Source: Mustelus asterias (taxonomy: Eukaryota). From it: a DNA stretch of 64,000 bases. Where the stretch lies: NCBI RefSeq assembly GCF_964213995.1, contig NC_135801.1, forward strand, positions 92,380,001 through 92,444,000, given 5' to 3'. The notes under the pieces are model-generated. The model was given only the letters and a program-made list of their open reading frames with translations. It did not search any database and had not been told where the DNA came from. Every line of letters begins with the position of its first letter. The first letter of the stretch is position 1. Made by a program: the position numbers and the translations under genes. This document shows, piece by piece, positions 48,311 to 61,239 of this stretch.

Positions 48311-50527
48311 CTGGCAAAGGGAAAAGAGTCAAGTGGAAATTGGAGATGCGGGTGCTGTGGCATGTGGCCCTTTAGCTTCCACAGCACCACTGACAATGGG
48401 AAACACTGTGCAAGCACAATTGTGCAAAAGACATGGATCACAATTTCCTTTTCCGGCTCTGGATCTTCCTCAATTTAACAATTGCATTGCTGACCTACAC
48501 AGGATGGACTGAGCATTCAGGCTTCCAGTGAGCATTAAAATGGGGGATAATGGCAGGAAGGGTTTTCAGTCACCTCATGTGCACTGCTGTCTCTAGAGGG
48601 TCCTGGGGAAACAATGTATTGAGGCGATTTGCTGCACTTCCAGTGGCCATATTCTACTTGAGCCCATGTTCTTGTTGACTCTTGCAGAGGTAGCTGTATT
48701 TATACTGCAGCTTTGTCATTGATGTCAGGGAAGCACTCAGCAGCAGCACTGTTGACAAAAGGGCCATCATTTATTAGATAATGAGGCTATGTAGGTGGCT
48801 GATTCCTTTTGAAAGCAGTAAGTGTACATGGAATTGGATACATTTGGCAAGAGGATTTAAATAAAGTTGATCTGATCTGTGACTGGATTCATTTCAGAAA
48901 TCTACAATGGGGAGTAAAACAAAATCACAAGTTCTGTGCTTGCAAATGTGCGAAATTTGATGCCAAATCTGGACCATGATCTCAGTGCCAAATTTGCATT
49001 AGGTAATACAAAATGTGCATTACGCTTTCCGCAATAGTGGCATGAATAGCGAGTAGAACTGCAATAGCAGCACTGTGGTGGAGGTGGTCTTAAGAGTCAG
49101 AGTTGTGGAAAATGATATAAAGAACTCAAGGGCAGTGGATCTCCGTATAATCTCTCAACTGCTGACTTTGGAAATACATTTCAGTGGCTTGACATGAAGC
49201 AATTAAGGGCTGGCTTATTGAATTGGCAAAGATGTGTCAAGGTACCATGCAGATGAATTGCCTGTTTGTTGAGGAAATGCCATTATACCTTGACTATAAT
49301 GAAGAAATGCACAGAGAAGATTAACCCGAGGAAAACCAATACTGTAGTTCCAAGGGAATTTGCATTCAGTGTGAAAATGAAAAATTCTCCTTCAGTGTCT
49401 GCTTCCAGTCGATGGTCAAGCAATCATCGGAAAGAATTGCTATTTATTCCAGCATCAAAGAAATTCATTTTTGAAATTGAATGAAAACTTTAAAATGCGG
49501 GAGGATATTTACTTGCCGCAGAAATATTGTGATTCTTAATTCATAAAGTGGAGCTGTGGTGGAAACTGTTTAGCCTTCCAAAGTAAAGGCAGTTGCTTCA
49601 ATTTATGGGGAGATAATTCCATTCGTTGTCTTGTGGCTGCCTGATCAGTTTTCCCTGTGTGAAATGTTAAAATGAAATCCAGAGGGCATTTCAAAATGGC
49701 AGCTTGTTTGCATGGTAATTCAATCTAGCACGGTCAAGAGCCAGCAAGTAACTCAGACAGTAAGTGCTAAGCACCATGAAAGCTGTCCATTTGCAACTCA
49801 GGAGTGGAAACTGAGAGACAGATTCCTATCTTTCCGGTTACCAGCTTTACTCTGGCAGCTACATATCTGAAATACTTTCTATTTATCCTTCAGAAAAGGA
49901 ATAAGGATATACTTTTAACAAAATTGAACTGCAGGGATGGATGTGTGGAGGAAAAATCTGAGTTATAAAAAGTCATTTTTAAACGAAATAGTTTTTATTG
50001 TGTTAAGGCTGCAGGCGAGCAACAGATGTACAAATTAACACATTGTCAAGTGTGTCTGTGTTGCATGTGTCAAGTGATGTCATGTAGCATGATCTGCTTG
50101 CCGACAAGGCCAGGAGACGCCTGCACAAAACATTGTTGATTATCTTTGAAAACCTGAGATATTGAAGATGAGAAACACTTCACATTTGCGCAATTCAAAT
50201 AATACAAAAATGCTAACCTGGAATTCTGAAGTATGAACAAAATTCTGGAAATGTACAGCAAGCTTGTCAGCAGCTAGAGAAAAAGACATGTTAAGGATTA
50301 GGGTACAGACTCTTCAGCAGAGCTGACATTATATTCACAACATTGAACTCAATGTGATTTCCTCATTTTCAAGGTTTGCCCCTTTTCATCTGTACTACAT
50401 AATTCTAGTGCAGCACATTATGTTGCTTGTGTTACTATCAGTACAGCAGCAAAAAAAAGCTAGACCTGTTACTGATAGGGTTACATGGTGAGCCAGACAT
50501 TGTTCAAATAACAAATGTTCAATTTAA

Positions 50528-50652
50528 AATTGAATTTTCCCCACCCGCCCGCTATAGGAATCGTTGCGGGCAGGGGGTGGACCATAGAAAGGTACGTTGA
50601 CCTTGGGTGGGATGTTCCGGTTTTCGGTCGAGCATGGCCAGAAAATCTCACC
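50528..50652. mobile_element. Harbinger-type MITE (homolog of 6425-6552)
   Basis: ttgaattttccccacccgcccgctataggaatc...gggtggacc...ttgaccttgggtggga...ggccagaaaatctcacc. Confidence 0.7.
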
Positions 50653-51257
50653 TTTGGACTAATAGACACGTTAGATTTGAATTTGTGCTAAATGGTATTA
50701 GGAGCATGTACATAATTCATTAATTTCAAACTCCTCTGTTATTTTAAGGGGTTGATTTGTTTAAAACTAACGCTCAATTGAAGTGCAATGTTTTTGCTGA
50801 AATAGCTATTTCATATGAATGCGTTAACATGCTTGCTAACTATTACACCAGATCATTTTGGTTATGTTAAATTTATAAGTTTATTAGCCTGATATTGGTA
50901 CATTAATGTTTACATTTTCTCCTCACATATTCTACATTTACTAATTTGTTAGTAAATCTGTGTACAGTTGTGGGGGTTCTGTCCATTCCTGCCATCTTCT
51001 TGTACAGGATTGGCCTGTGCTGTAGCGGCTTGTATTTTCAATAAGTGTAAAACTGGTACAAATCAACACAACAACAATACAAACAACTTGCATTCACTTC
51101 TGAAGGACTCTCCCTGCCATTAGAATAAGAAAGTGAGAAATATTCAGTTAGAATTTGAAATTGCCCGGGTCAAAGCAATCAACACGTTAATGCATTCATA
51201 TGAAATTCCTCTATCTACCATGTTAATGAGGATGTTTATATTCTCATTAAAATAATG

Positions 51258-51418
51258 CCTCATTTTGTTTGTGTGGGCAAGCTATGTGCAAATTGGCAGC
51301 CATGTTTTCCTATATCACAACAGTGTCAACACTTCAAAAGTACTTCATCGGCTGTGAAGCATTTTAAGACATAATAAGATAGTGAAAGGGGCTATATAAA
51401 TGCTGTTTTATTTTTCCT
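51258..51418 (+). mobile_element. DeuSINE/SacSINE1-like 3' part
   Basis: gtgcaaattggcagccatgttttcctatatcacaacagtg...cacttcaaaagtacttcatcggctgtgaagcatt...gtgaaaggggctatataaatgc. Confidence 0.82.
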
Positions 51419-52085
51419 TTAAATTATCTCTTTCTTATAAAGATGTTATTGGATAACTCCCTAGTGTCATATTCCCTATTGGTGGAAAAGTTTTCCAAAT
51501 CACTTGCTTATAACCCATTTTGAGGAAAATAATCTATGTAAGATGAATTTTAGGTAAGACTTATTGTAGACATGAAAACCCTTAAACTATGTTAATACAC
51601 AAAATTCCTGACCCATTGCTGAATAAAACCATGTTAAGTTTAAAAAAAAACCTGTAAATGTTAAATGCCGATTGTTCATTAACTGTGAGCTATTAATAGA
51701 TAAACAGTTACAATTTGGACATTTGCTTTTGAAGGGGCTGTATTCTTCTAAGTTTTGATCTTTGGTGATTATTTTATCCCCTTGATTCTGTTTTAAAGGG
51801 ATTTTCTCTTTATTTTGGAAACTTGCAGCTCCTTCACCAAAAATGGCAAGCTGACTGATAATGTAGCTGATGTCAAACACACATCCCCTTTGTCAAAAGG
51901 TTGCCTCCTCCCGTGCAGGTTCTATCAATAAAAAATATCTGCATTTAGACAGCATCTTATCATATCAAAACACCTCATTTGAAAGTGTAGTGCAATGCCA
52001 AATAATGGCGTGCAGCAACATTCCTTGAACAATGTTGTTAGCATATCTTTATACCCCTACTGTAACTTTTACACTTTGGAGAATA

Positions 52086-52310
52086 GTGGGGAAGATCCCC
52101 TTAAATGCCTGTCACTGCTTCTCCGCCTCCAGCAGCATGTCTTCCAGTGGCGGAGGCAGCTCGCCGCGGCAGGATCTTCAGGTCCCGCCAATGTCAATAG
52201 CTTTTCTGTTGTTTGCCGGCCACGCTGGCAGGGAATCCGCCACAGTGGGCCACCCGCCATCAGCAGAATGGGTAGATCCCGTCAGCGGGAAGGGCCAGAA
52301 AATTCAACCC
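52086..52310. mobile_element. Harbinger-type MITE
   Basis: GC-rich, internally palindromic, ends ggccagaaaattcaaccc; related to 14285-14462. Confidence 0.62.
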
Positions 52311-52620
52311 ATTGATCTGTCCCCTAGCCTAGAATCCCAGTTCACTTCTGCTAGCTCAACTTTCATGCCCACATAGTTGCCTTTCAGTTTAAAATATAAG
52401 TTTCCGATCCACTCTCCTCCCTTTCAAATGGGATGTAAAACTCAATCATATTGCGATCGCTGCTACCTAGGGGTGCCATTGTTCTGAGGTCATTAATTAA
52501 TTCTGTCACATTACACAATACCCAGTGTAATAAAAGCTGCTTCCTGGATGTGCTGCTCAATGAAGCTATCCTGAAAGCATTCTCAGAACTCCTCATCCAG
52601 GCTACTACTGCCAATCTGAT
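52311..52620 (-). mobile_element. CR1 endonuclease fragment
   Basis: Minus-strand WVLCNVTELINDL..MAPLGSSDRNMIEFYIPFE, the C-terminal SDH-type endonuclease motif. Confidence 0.82.
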
Positions 52621-52714
52621 TATTTAATTAAATTATTTACTTATTTATGATGCTTTTTATATATTTTATTAACTTTACCACCAGTAATTAGTTAATATGC
52701 TTTTATAACGTTTT

Positions 52715-52850
52715 GCTGAGGGAAAACTCCCTGCCTTGCTTTGAATAGTGCCAATGAGCTCTTCAGCAACCACTTGAAGCACTCAGGTAGTAGTTGGAGC
52801 CTTAGTTTAACATTCTAACCAAAGGATGTAACTCTAACACTCCAGCACAC
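52715..52850 (-). mobile_element. DeuSINE-like central fragment
   Basis: gggaaaactccctgccttgctttgaatagtgcca...ggagccttagtttaacattctaaccaaagga. Confidence 0.55.
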
Positions 52851-52956
52851 ACACATTACATCATGGGAGAATGTCCTAAGTCACAAGGTTAAAGGATGGA
52901 TGAATCTCTAATTTGTGTGCCCATTAAGCCCTTTATTCGAAATTGTTCTGCACATG

Positions 52957-53245
52957 CAGTGCCAGGGACCCTGGTTCAATTCCTGCTTCAGGTGACTGCC
53001 TGTGTGGAGTTTGCACATTCTCCCCATGTCTGTGTGAGTTTCCTCCGGGTGCTCTGGTTTCATCCCACAATCCAAAGATGTGCGGATTAGGTTGATTGGC
53101 CATGTTAAATTGACCCTAGTGTCAGGGGAATCAGCAGGGTAAATAAGTGAGGTTACCGGAATCGGGCCTGGGTGGGATTGTGTTCGGTGCAGACCTGATG
53201 GGCCAAATGGCCTCCTTTTGCACTGCAGGGACTCTATGATTCTAT
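52957..53245 (+). mobile_element. HE1/V-SINE, 5'-truncated
   Basis: cagtgccagggaccctggttcaattcc...gggccaaatggcctccttttgcactgcagggactctatgattcta. Confidence 0.9.
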
Positions 53246-53322
53246 ATATTTAAACAATAGACCAAATGCTGCAAAATGAATGTTGTTAAATGTTGGTCCA
53301 TTTCTATTGACTAGAGTAATTT

Positions 53323-53356
53323 TGTGGTGGTCATTCTGCCAGGAATGACCACCACA
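53323..53356. repeat. Perfect 14-bp inverted repeat with 6-nt loop
   Basis: TGTGGTGGTCATTC-tgccag-GAATGACCACCACA. Confidence 0.95.
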
Positions 53357-56329
53357 TCTCCTCCTCAGTAAGAAATACATGTCCTTAATGCTCCTTTTCC
53401 AGTGAAAGCTGTTCCTCAGAAGTTACAAACTACAGTGGCACAATTGAACAAAATCTCCTTGGTGAAGCTGTGCCAGGGCCTTTCACTATTACAGGCAGCA
53501 AAGATGACAATTTGGCTTTGCCAATGATTAATTTGCATCAGAGGCACCCATTACAACTCGCACTGAGCGAGACGTTTGACAATTTCAGTGGCATGTGTGT
53601 TGTTCATTTACATCACTGGGTTTACTCCAGTGCTAGTCTAACAACCAGAGGTAATCCTGACTATAAGTAAGTGCTTGCTTTTAGTTTTAACATAGAGACC
53701 TATAATAGTCTTGCTCCTTAGTTTATCTGCACACACAAGAAACACTCTTAGCTTGAAGAACATGGATGGAATTGTCCTGAAAGAGACAGGGAGGTTCCTG
53801 GACAATTTGGTCTGTAACAATAAGCATAAGCATTGTGGTTCAGGAAGTACTAATCAGAGCTTCGCAAATGTCAGACAGTTCACGCAGATAACCAGCCACA
53901 ATTTAACCGTAGGTTTTATCAGCTGGCCAAAGTAGCTAGTACTGCCAAGAATCAGACATAATTGTCAAGAGTGGGTAAGTTTGCCAGTTTTTGCCTTTTG
54001 TGGAGAAGGGCGATTGATGTCTGTGCCATTGAAAAACCAAGAGAGTGAGGGAACACTCCGGATTCCTGGTGAGAAGCTGCATATTTTCCACCAACACTTC
54101 CTTCCCTGCCAGATTGTGGAAGGGAAATAAACACACTGTTATTCTGTTTATAAATGAATGTATTGGAGGAGTGAGCCAGAGGCACGGAGGAGAGTGCCAA
54201 GTGCCACAATCTGACGTGGAAAACATTGGCGGAGGTAGCAATTGCTAATGACTAAACAACGCATGCATTATCACTAATTGTAGATCGCTGCTTCAGCACC
54301 GAGTGCCAGCACCTGGGAGTTCGCTCGCCCAACTTGGAGCCCAGTGGCTGGATGTGTCGCGATCTGGCAGCTTTGTAGCCTGCATTAACACTTTGAGCCA
54401 TGGCTGTTTAAGATAAGCTTTTTTCCAAGTGGAAACATTAACACTTCCAGTTAGCACCATATCAGATTCAGAATATAGCAGGCAAAGTAGTCACTCAAAT
54501 AAGTCGAGGAACAGGAAGGTGGTTTCAAAATGTTTGAAAGGGTTTCTGAAATGGAATTGACAGTAGAAGATGCCAGAATGATAATTACAGTATTCTGAGA
54601 GACAGTGGCGAGCCACAGGGAGTGTTTGTCGAACCCTGTAAGGATTGACAGGTGATTGACAGGGTAAACAGTCCTACTGTGCTCTGATAATGCATGCTGT
54701 GAGCCTCAAAAGAAGCAGAATATCACACAAGCGTGAGGAAATAGCCAGAATCCAATTTTTATTAAAAGTTATTTGGATCAATGGGTGCAAACAGCACTTT
54801 AATTAGTGGATGAAAAGTGCCATAGTCTTTCAGTTCATTTGCAGATAGTGCAGTAGTTCTCTGATGGAAGCTGAAAGGGTCTGTAAAAAGAATTGTGCAC
54901 TAAATGGAAATAGGATGGCAAAACAAACTGTGGGCATTCTCATTAAAAGGGACTTAAATGAGTCTCAACCGATCATTCTTACAGAAGATCATTTTTGAAT
55001 GCTAATTGCAGCATGTTCCAAACTGTTCTGCAAATGCTGCTGAACGTAAAGTAATCTCTGGAATATACCTAATTATGATTTTGAACTGGTGGTTATTAGA
55101 TTGTGTGAAAACTTCTACATGTGCTGCCAATGTATTTTACTTTCATCCAAACAAGTGTAATATAGCGTGGCACAGTTTTTCTGCAGTTTATCCAAAGCCA
55201 ATTTGTGCCCACAGTGGAGTATTATGTGTAGAAAGCTCAGTGTCCTATTGTTTTACATTGCCGTGTATTCTAATTACTGCAAATTGCGAAGATGTTCACT
55301 ATTCTCTTCAGCTTTTATGTTTGTTTCAATGGGATTCTTCTTGTTGCAACTTAGGCAAGTTTACTTTGTACTTGCCATCACTTGTACAAGACCGGAGTGG
55401 CGGGATCTACTGGCCCATGACCCCACTACATCCACTATAAAAGCAATTAGCGTCTAGCCAATGTCACACTAAGCAGTTATTATTTTTTCTGCAAAATGAG
55501 TTGTATTACAATAATGTGTTGTATTAACTCATCATTTAATAATTTTTTAATGTTGAATTGCTTGTAACACACAGCAGCAGGATTGCACTATGCTATGTGA
55601 TCTATAAGTTTGCTTTGTTTTAAAGTTTCGTAAACAACACATTATTTCCACAAAGTTATTTTGAAAAGTAGTTTTAATAATGTTTAACGACTGTACAATT
55701 CTCTATGATTATAGCATTAGATACCAGATAAAGGGACTAAATTCTCTAATAGCAAACCAGAGTCTATCAGTTTCAACCTGGAGACTTTGTGGAGTATTCC
55801 CCCGGAATGCGAAAAAAAACCTTCTGGAAGTTCAAAGCATTTCACATCCACAGAACTTGAGCTGAATAATTCATGGTGCCTATACATTCAATGTGCCTAC
55901 AAGTTTTTGCACCCTTGCTGAAAAAGATCTGGTTAATTGCCCCAAACCTTCAGCAGGGTAATCGGGAATGCTGCCATAAGTTTTGGATTACAAATTCAGT
56001 GTTTTCTTTCATTGTTGAAGACACATGAGGAGAAGACCAGGTAAACAAATATAACTCGAGAACAAAGATTTGTTCTATGATTCCATTTTCTATTTTGTGC
56101 TTGATTTTAAATCCTCTTATCCCATCTTGTTTTCCCATTAAGTGTAACATAGTATGTAAAGAACATCCAATGTCTGATTGCACATTCATTAGTTCAGATT
56201 CCCTACTTAACCAATGTCTGTAGATCTATTAAACCATTAGATAATATCAGGAGTTCTTTTCAGCATTTGTCAGTTCAATGTTGTAAGTACAATGGTTAAA
56301 TTATACCATTAAAATTATAAATTATTATT

Positions 56330-56382
56330 TGCTACCAAATAAACCTGTTGGACTTTAACCTGGTGTTGTGAGACTTCTTACT
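56330..56382. mobile_element. Solo 53-bp terminal fragment of the Penelope-like element at 9580
   Basis: tgctaccaaataaacctgttggactttaacctggtgttgtgagacttcttact is the exact reverse complement of part of the 9612-9680 arm. Confidence 0.85.
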
Positions 56383-57630
56383 AAATTATACAGTGCAGAG
56401 ATGATCAAATGACTTCATGGCATTTCTTTTTCTGAACACCCCTTCATCGCATCAAAATTCAGTCACACAGTTCAATGTCATGTCAAATCTTCGTTGAATA
56501 TATTGTATTGTCAATAAATTTAATGTAAACTAGACTTTTCTGGTTAAATCAACAAATTCTTAGAAAAACATCCAGAGATGCTGAATATTTACCAAATACA
56601 AATTCACTTGGTTAGATCTCTATGGATCAGTCGTCCCATGAACTGCCCCTACCTTTCACAATGCTGTTAAACACTAGTTTCTGCTATTTGTGTTGCACAG
56701 CACAAGTGTTCTTCCTTTTCTATGCCATTCTGTCGATCAATTGAAAGACCTTTAATATAAATCAACAGGAAAGCTAACAGGAGTAAATACCGAACTACCT
56801 AATGCTGACGCGTCTCACTGGTGCTGTGGATGTATAGCACAGCCAGAGCCCTGGCCATGGGCGCCTGAGTCTCTGCTGATAGTTACATTGAAATTGAGCA
56901 AAGGGAGTCGTTAGAAGGAAAAAGGAGGTTTTATCTTTCATTAGTGCCAGTCGATTGAGAAAAGGAACTCTGATCTTTGGTCATTTATGAGCGATCACAG
57001 ACAAACCAGGGTTGGCAATAAACGTGTTTTGTTGTTCTGTTTGAATGTGGCCTCTAAAGGAAGGATCAAAGGTCAGAGAAGAAGTGTCAGGGAATCTATA
57101 GGTCTGAATAATGAAAATGTCAGAGAGAAGAGGGGAGATGATGGTAAGGAGTTTTGAATAAGTCTGCCCTTTAAGTGATGACAAGTACAACTCATTACTG
57201 TTACCAAAGGACAAAGACAAAAAGGAGACAGGAGCTAAATTTGGACTGATGGCTACAGGCTGCTGTGATTTAAGATTTATTGACATGGACATGAGTTAGA
57301 CTGCAGAAATGGCTTAAGATTTTTTTGTGCAATGAACGATCTTCGATACTATTCTGATTCTTCAAATTTAAAATTTGCATGATTGACATACAAGTACGAA
57401 ATAGTTATGTGAACTGCAAAATTTAATGCAGCATTTGAGCATGAACTGAAAGATATTGCTTCATTGGAATGCTATGCCTGATTATCAACTTTGGATGATA
57501 TGATGATTTATATGAAGGTTTGAGGGCATTGGCACAACGCAAGGGAAACCAGAAGTGGCATCACTCGAGCTAACCCTTCCCAACATGATTGGTTTCAGAT
57601 CTCTGCTGTTCCAAGAAGGGGAGAAAAAAG

Positions 57631-57918
57631 ATTATTAGCATCGCAAATAGGCTTACATTAACATTGCAATGAAGGTACTGTGAAAATCCCCTAGTTGCCA
57701 CACTCTGACGCCTGTTCGGGTACACTGAGGGAGAATTTAGCATGGCCAGTGCACCTAACCAGCATATCTTTTGGACTGTGGGAGGAAACCAGAGCACCCG
57801 GAGGAAACCCACGCAGACACGGGAAGAACATGCAGACTCAGCACAGACGGTGACTCAAGCTGGGAATCGAACGTGGATCTTTGGTGCTGTGAGGCAGCAG
57901 TGCTAACCACTGTGCCAC
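57631..57918 (-). mobile_element. V-SINE with alternative tail
   Basis: attattagcatcgcaaataggcttacattaacattgcaatgaagg...gaggcagcagtgctaaccactgtgccac. Confidence 0.9.
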
Positions 57919-58199
57919 ACTAGCCAGGTATTCCCCTGGAGGTTAATAAGGGCAAATCAGTAAGGCAACTTAAGTTGCCTGCCTGTAAACCCCATCTTGC
58001 CACTTGGTGTAACAATAACGCGAACAAAGCTGTGGGAGCAGCCAGCCTGCTTATCCTTTGGATCTAGGAAAGGTGGAAGGAGCTGCAGAGGAAGGAAAAT
58101 CATTTGGAAATTGGTACAAAGACCTGGGCATGTTCCACATGCATTGATTTCAAGCTAATTAAAGTTTTGCCTCAACCAATATCTTAATATTTTAATAAA

Positions 58200-58420
58200 A
58201 GTGAAACAACACAGATGCTGGAGATCTGAAGTAAAAATAGAAAATGCTGGAAAAACACAGCAGTTCTGGCAGCATCCGCAGAGAGGGAGAGACATAGTTA
58301 ACATTTTGAATCCAAAATGACTGTTATAAGTCATGTTGGACTTGAAACATTAACTGTGTTCCTTTCTCCACAGATGCTGCCAGATCTGCTGAGCTTTTCC
58401 AGCATTTTCTGTTTTTATTC
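58200..58420. mobile_element. Penelope-like palindromic remnant
   Basis: About 90-bp imperfect arms, 58232-58322 (taaaaatagaaaatgctggaaaa...atgact) and 58329-58417 (agtcat...ttttccagcattttctgttttta). Confidence 0.72.
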
Positions 58421-61239
58421 TTGATAGTTGATTTAATTTTCTGTTTCTCGTTTTTTTTAAGGAAGCTAGTGAATGAACAGTTCTTGCTGTTATGTCCATT
58501 TTAAACATTAATGCTGCACTGACAAACATGGTAGGACAACTTCACACTGCCAGTTTAGCGTGGTGGTCTTTTGTTTTGCAGTACCGGCAAAATCCAATCT
58601 GCTGGTTTCTGCGCTGCCGTTCACACCCTCAGAATTTAACAGAGCTGTCAGTTTTGACAATCGCAGAAGATGCACTGCAAGTTCAAGGGCAGTAAGAAGA
58701 CCTTGGGCAGGTAGTAAAAGAAATGGAAGCAGGGGGTGGCTGCTTCCATTCCACCCTGGAGTAAGCAAGCTATGTTCCAGAAGAAAGCTGATTGCTTCCC
58801 TCAGTGGGGTTTTCGTGTAACGTCTTTCATTGAATGGAAGGCTGCCTGATGGAAGCTGACTAAGGCCTAATCCATTACTGAGCAACAAGTGCTGAGCTAC
58901 CATGTTGACTGCACTACCACCCCCTTCCTGCACATGAACATCAGTGACTGAATTGCACTAATTCTTACCTTCCACTATAGAGGCCATCAGATCTCATTCT
59001 GTGAGACACCTAGCACTCTTTTTGGCACAGGAGTTTGGATGACCAATTAGTTTCAAAGTCTAAAATGAACTATTGGGTGTGATGCTAGCATTTCTTAGTA
59101 TTTTTTAAGTTGTGTTCTGTGCAACTGGTTTGTTGAAGAAATGGCTTGTAAAAAAGTCTCACATTCTGACCATTAGAGTTTGCATCCATAACGCCAACCT
59201 TGATTATCCATTAATGTTTGAGGTGTAGGGAATGCAGTATTATGTTATATCATCATTTGTATCTCTGTCCAGCAAAGAACTTCAAGATTCATTTAATATG
59301 TCCACACAAGCTCATAAATAAAAACTTTAAACAAAGCAGCAATATGCATTGTCATTCTGGCTGTGTATTTATCCTGGAACCAGGCAGAACGCAGATAGAT
59401 AGTTGCTGTTCAGACTTTCCATCTGGTCTGAACTAGGAACATGTTTGGGGATGGGGGAGGGGTCTCCTTGTCACTATTTTGTGCAACAGAAACTTGACAT
59501 GACACAGAATCCCACAGTATGCCAGCAGGGGAAAAATCAGCTCCATGCCTTAGTTATAAATACATCTTTCCACTTGTCTATCTGTGGCTTTATAGTCAAA
59601 TGACTTTGTAGCTTGAGAAAATAGCATGCAGATAAAACAAGCAAATTGAATAACTGGAGGCTGAATCAATGTGGTTGTAATTATGCAGAAACCTATTTGC
59701 TAATTCTATATTGTGCGTCCGTAAAAGAATTAACCTCCTTTAACTATCAGTCTCTTTGTGCCTTTCACTTTATTAAATAAAAAAAAGTCTGAACCACAGA
59801 GTGTTCTCATTCTGCTCTTCCCATTTGTGTGTCTGGTTTTTCTTAATTTACTGCCTGTCTAGCTGAGGGCAGTCTGGTCGTTTGTTATGCCCTAGTTATT
59901 TGAGAAAGACAATTGTATAAATACACACACAAATAAATATACACACAAATACACACTTTATCTCCTTACAATCCAATAGCACAGACCAAAGAAAGTTAAT
60001 AGATGATACTTTAAAGTCTCCTTCTTCTCTCTTTGCAAGAGAGCATGTGACTTCAATGCACTGCCCAGATTGTGAATCATTGTTAACAGTCCATGTAGCT
60101 TTTAAGGAACCTTGCACATTGCTCACAGCTGTGGTTTTATTTGATCAAGTCTGTTATGTTTTGAAGAAGAGGTGTTATTTTGAGGTTTGTGGACATTTAC
60201 TAATCCTGACCTCTAAATAAACAGTTTTTTTCCCCAGATGCGGTTTTATTTGTCAAAGGGCCCCAAGCCCAGTGCTAGTAAATAGCAGCCATTGGCTTTA
60301 GGCAATCTTCGGTACATTACCATGAATTTCCTCGATGGAAAAATACAAAAACAAACAGTTTCCTTTGACACTGTTTTATGTTGTGCTGGGGTCATTCTCT
60401 CTTGTTGCCATAACTACACTGGGATGTCACCTAAGAGATGGAGAAGACATATATATGGATAAGGCTGGACCAACTAACAGTAAACAAAAGGATGGGCAAA
60501 AAATAGACTGCACATTCTTTGTTATCTCAATGACTTTTGGTTGCTAATGGCTACCAACAGGATCATGAAAGGCTCTTCAAACTGGGATACTGTTTGTGGA
60601 GTAAAAACAAATATTAAAAACTCTTGGTGTCGAGGTTAATTCTCAAGGAATGCAGCAAAACCTAGGGATCTCAATTATTTCTGAGATAAAAGAAAACTGT
60701 TTGAAATAAGTAAGATTGAGTTTCCTTAATTTTATTTTCTTTATCTGTAAAAATTAAATACTAACTGAATGATTGTGTCTACTGAAGAGCAATAAAACTG
60801 GAGATGCACATGAGGAAAAGATGGAACTAACCATTGGCACAGTCTCAATTCATTGTTAAACTGATCAGTATTTATCACACAAAGCCTGCTTTGTGTTTTA
60901 TTTACAGAAAATAATGTTATTAATTGTTTAATTATACTGCAGTACGCCAAGTAACCACAAAAAAGTGGTACAGTACGGAATGCTGGCTGGGCATGCACTA
61001 CATAATGCTTAAAACAATTCCAACAATGGCTATTTAGACCTATAAATCATTGCTGGTATAACTGCATGTGTGGAATAAATTGTGTTGTGACAGCTTGCCC
61101 TCCGCTTTGTTTCTCTCAATTTAAATAATTGGCACTGAAAAGCCACATAGCTTGATTACTTGTGGTGAGGGGATGGATCCCAATGGCTGTTTGTGTCATT
61201 ACCACTAAAAGAAATTCCACTGAGCTGCACCACAGTGGT

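Noticed and set aside
54292-54313. REST/RE1-like site TTCAGCACC-GAG-TGCCAGCACC
   Set aside because: Only the left half-site is good; the right half lacks GGACAG and the spacing is non-canonical.
58582-58710. Exon-like segment (tttgcag acceptor, GTAAGA donor) with LRR-like NLTELSVLTIAEDALQV
   Set aside because: Lacks the invariant LRR Asn, is not 72 nt or phase 2, ends in a stop, and does not resemble Slit exon 5 (DLSENQI...).
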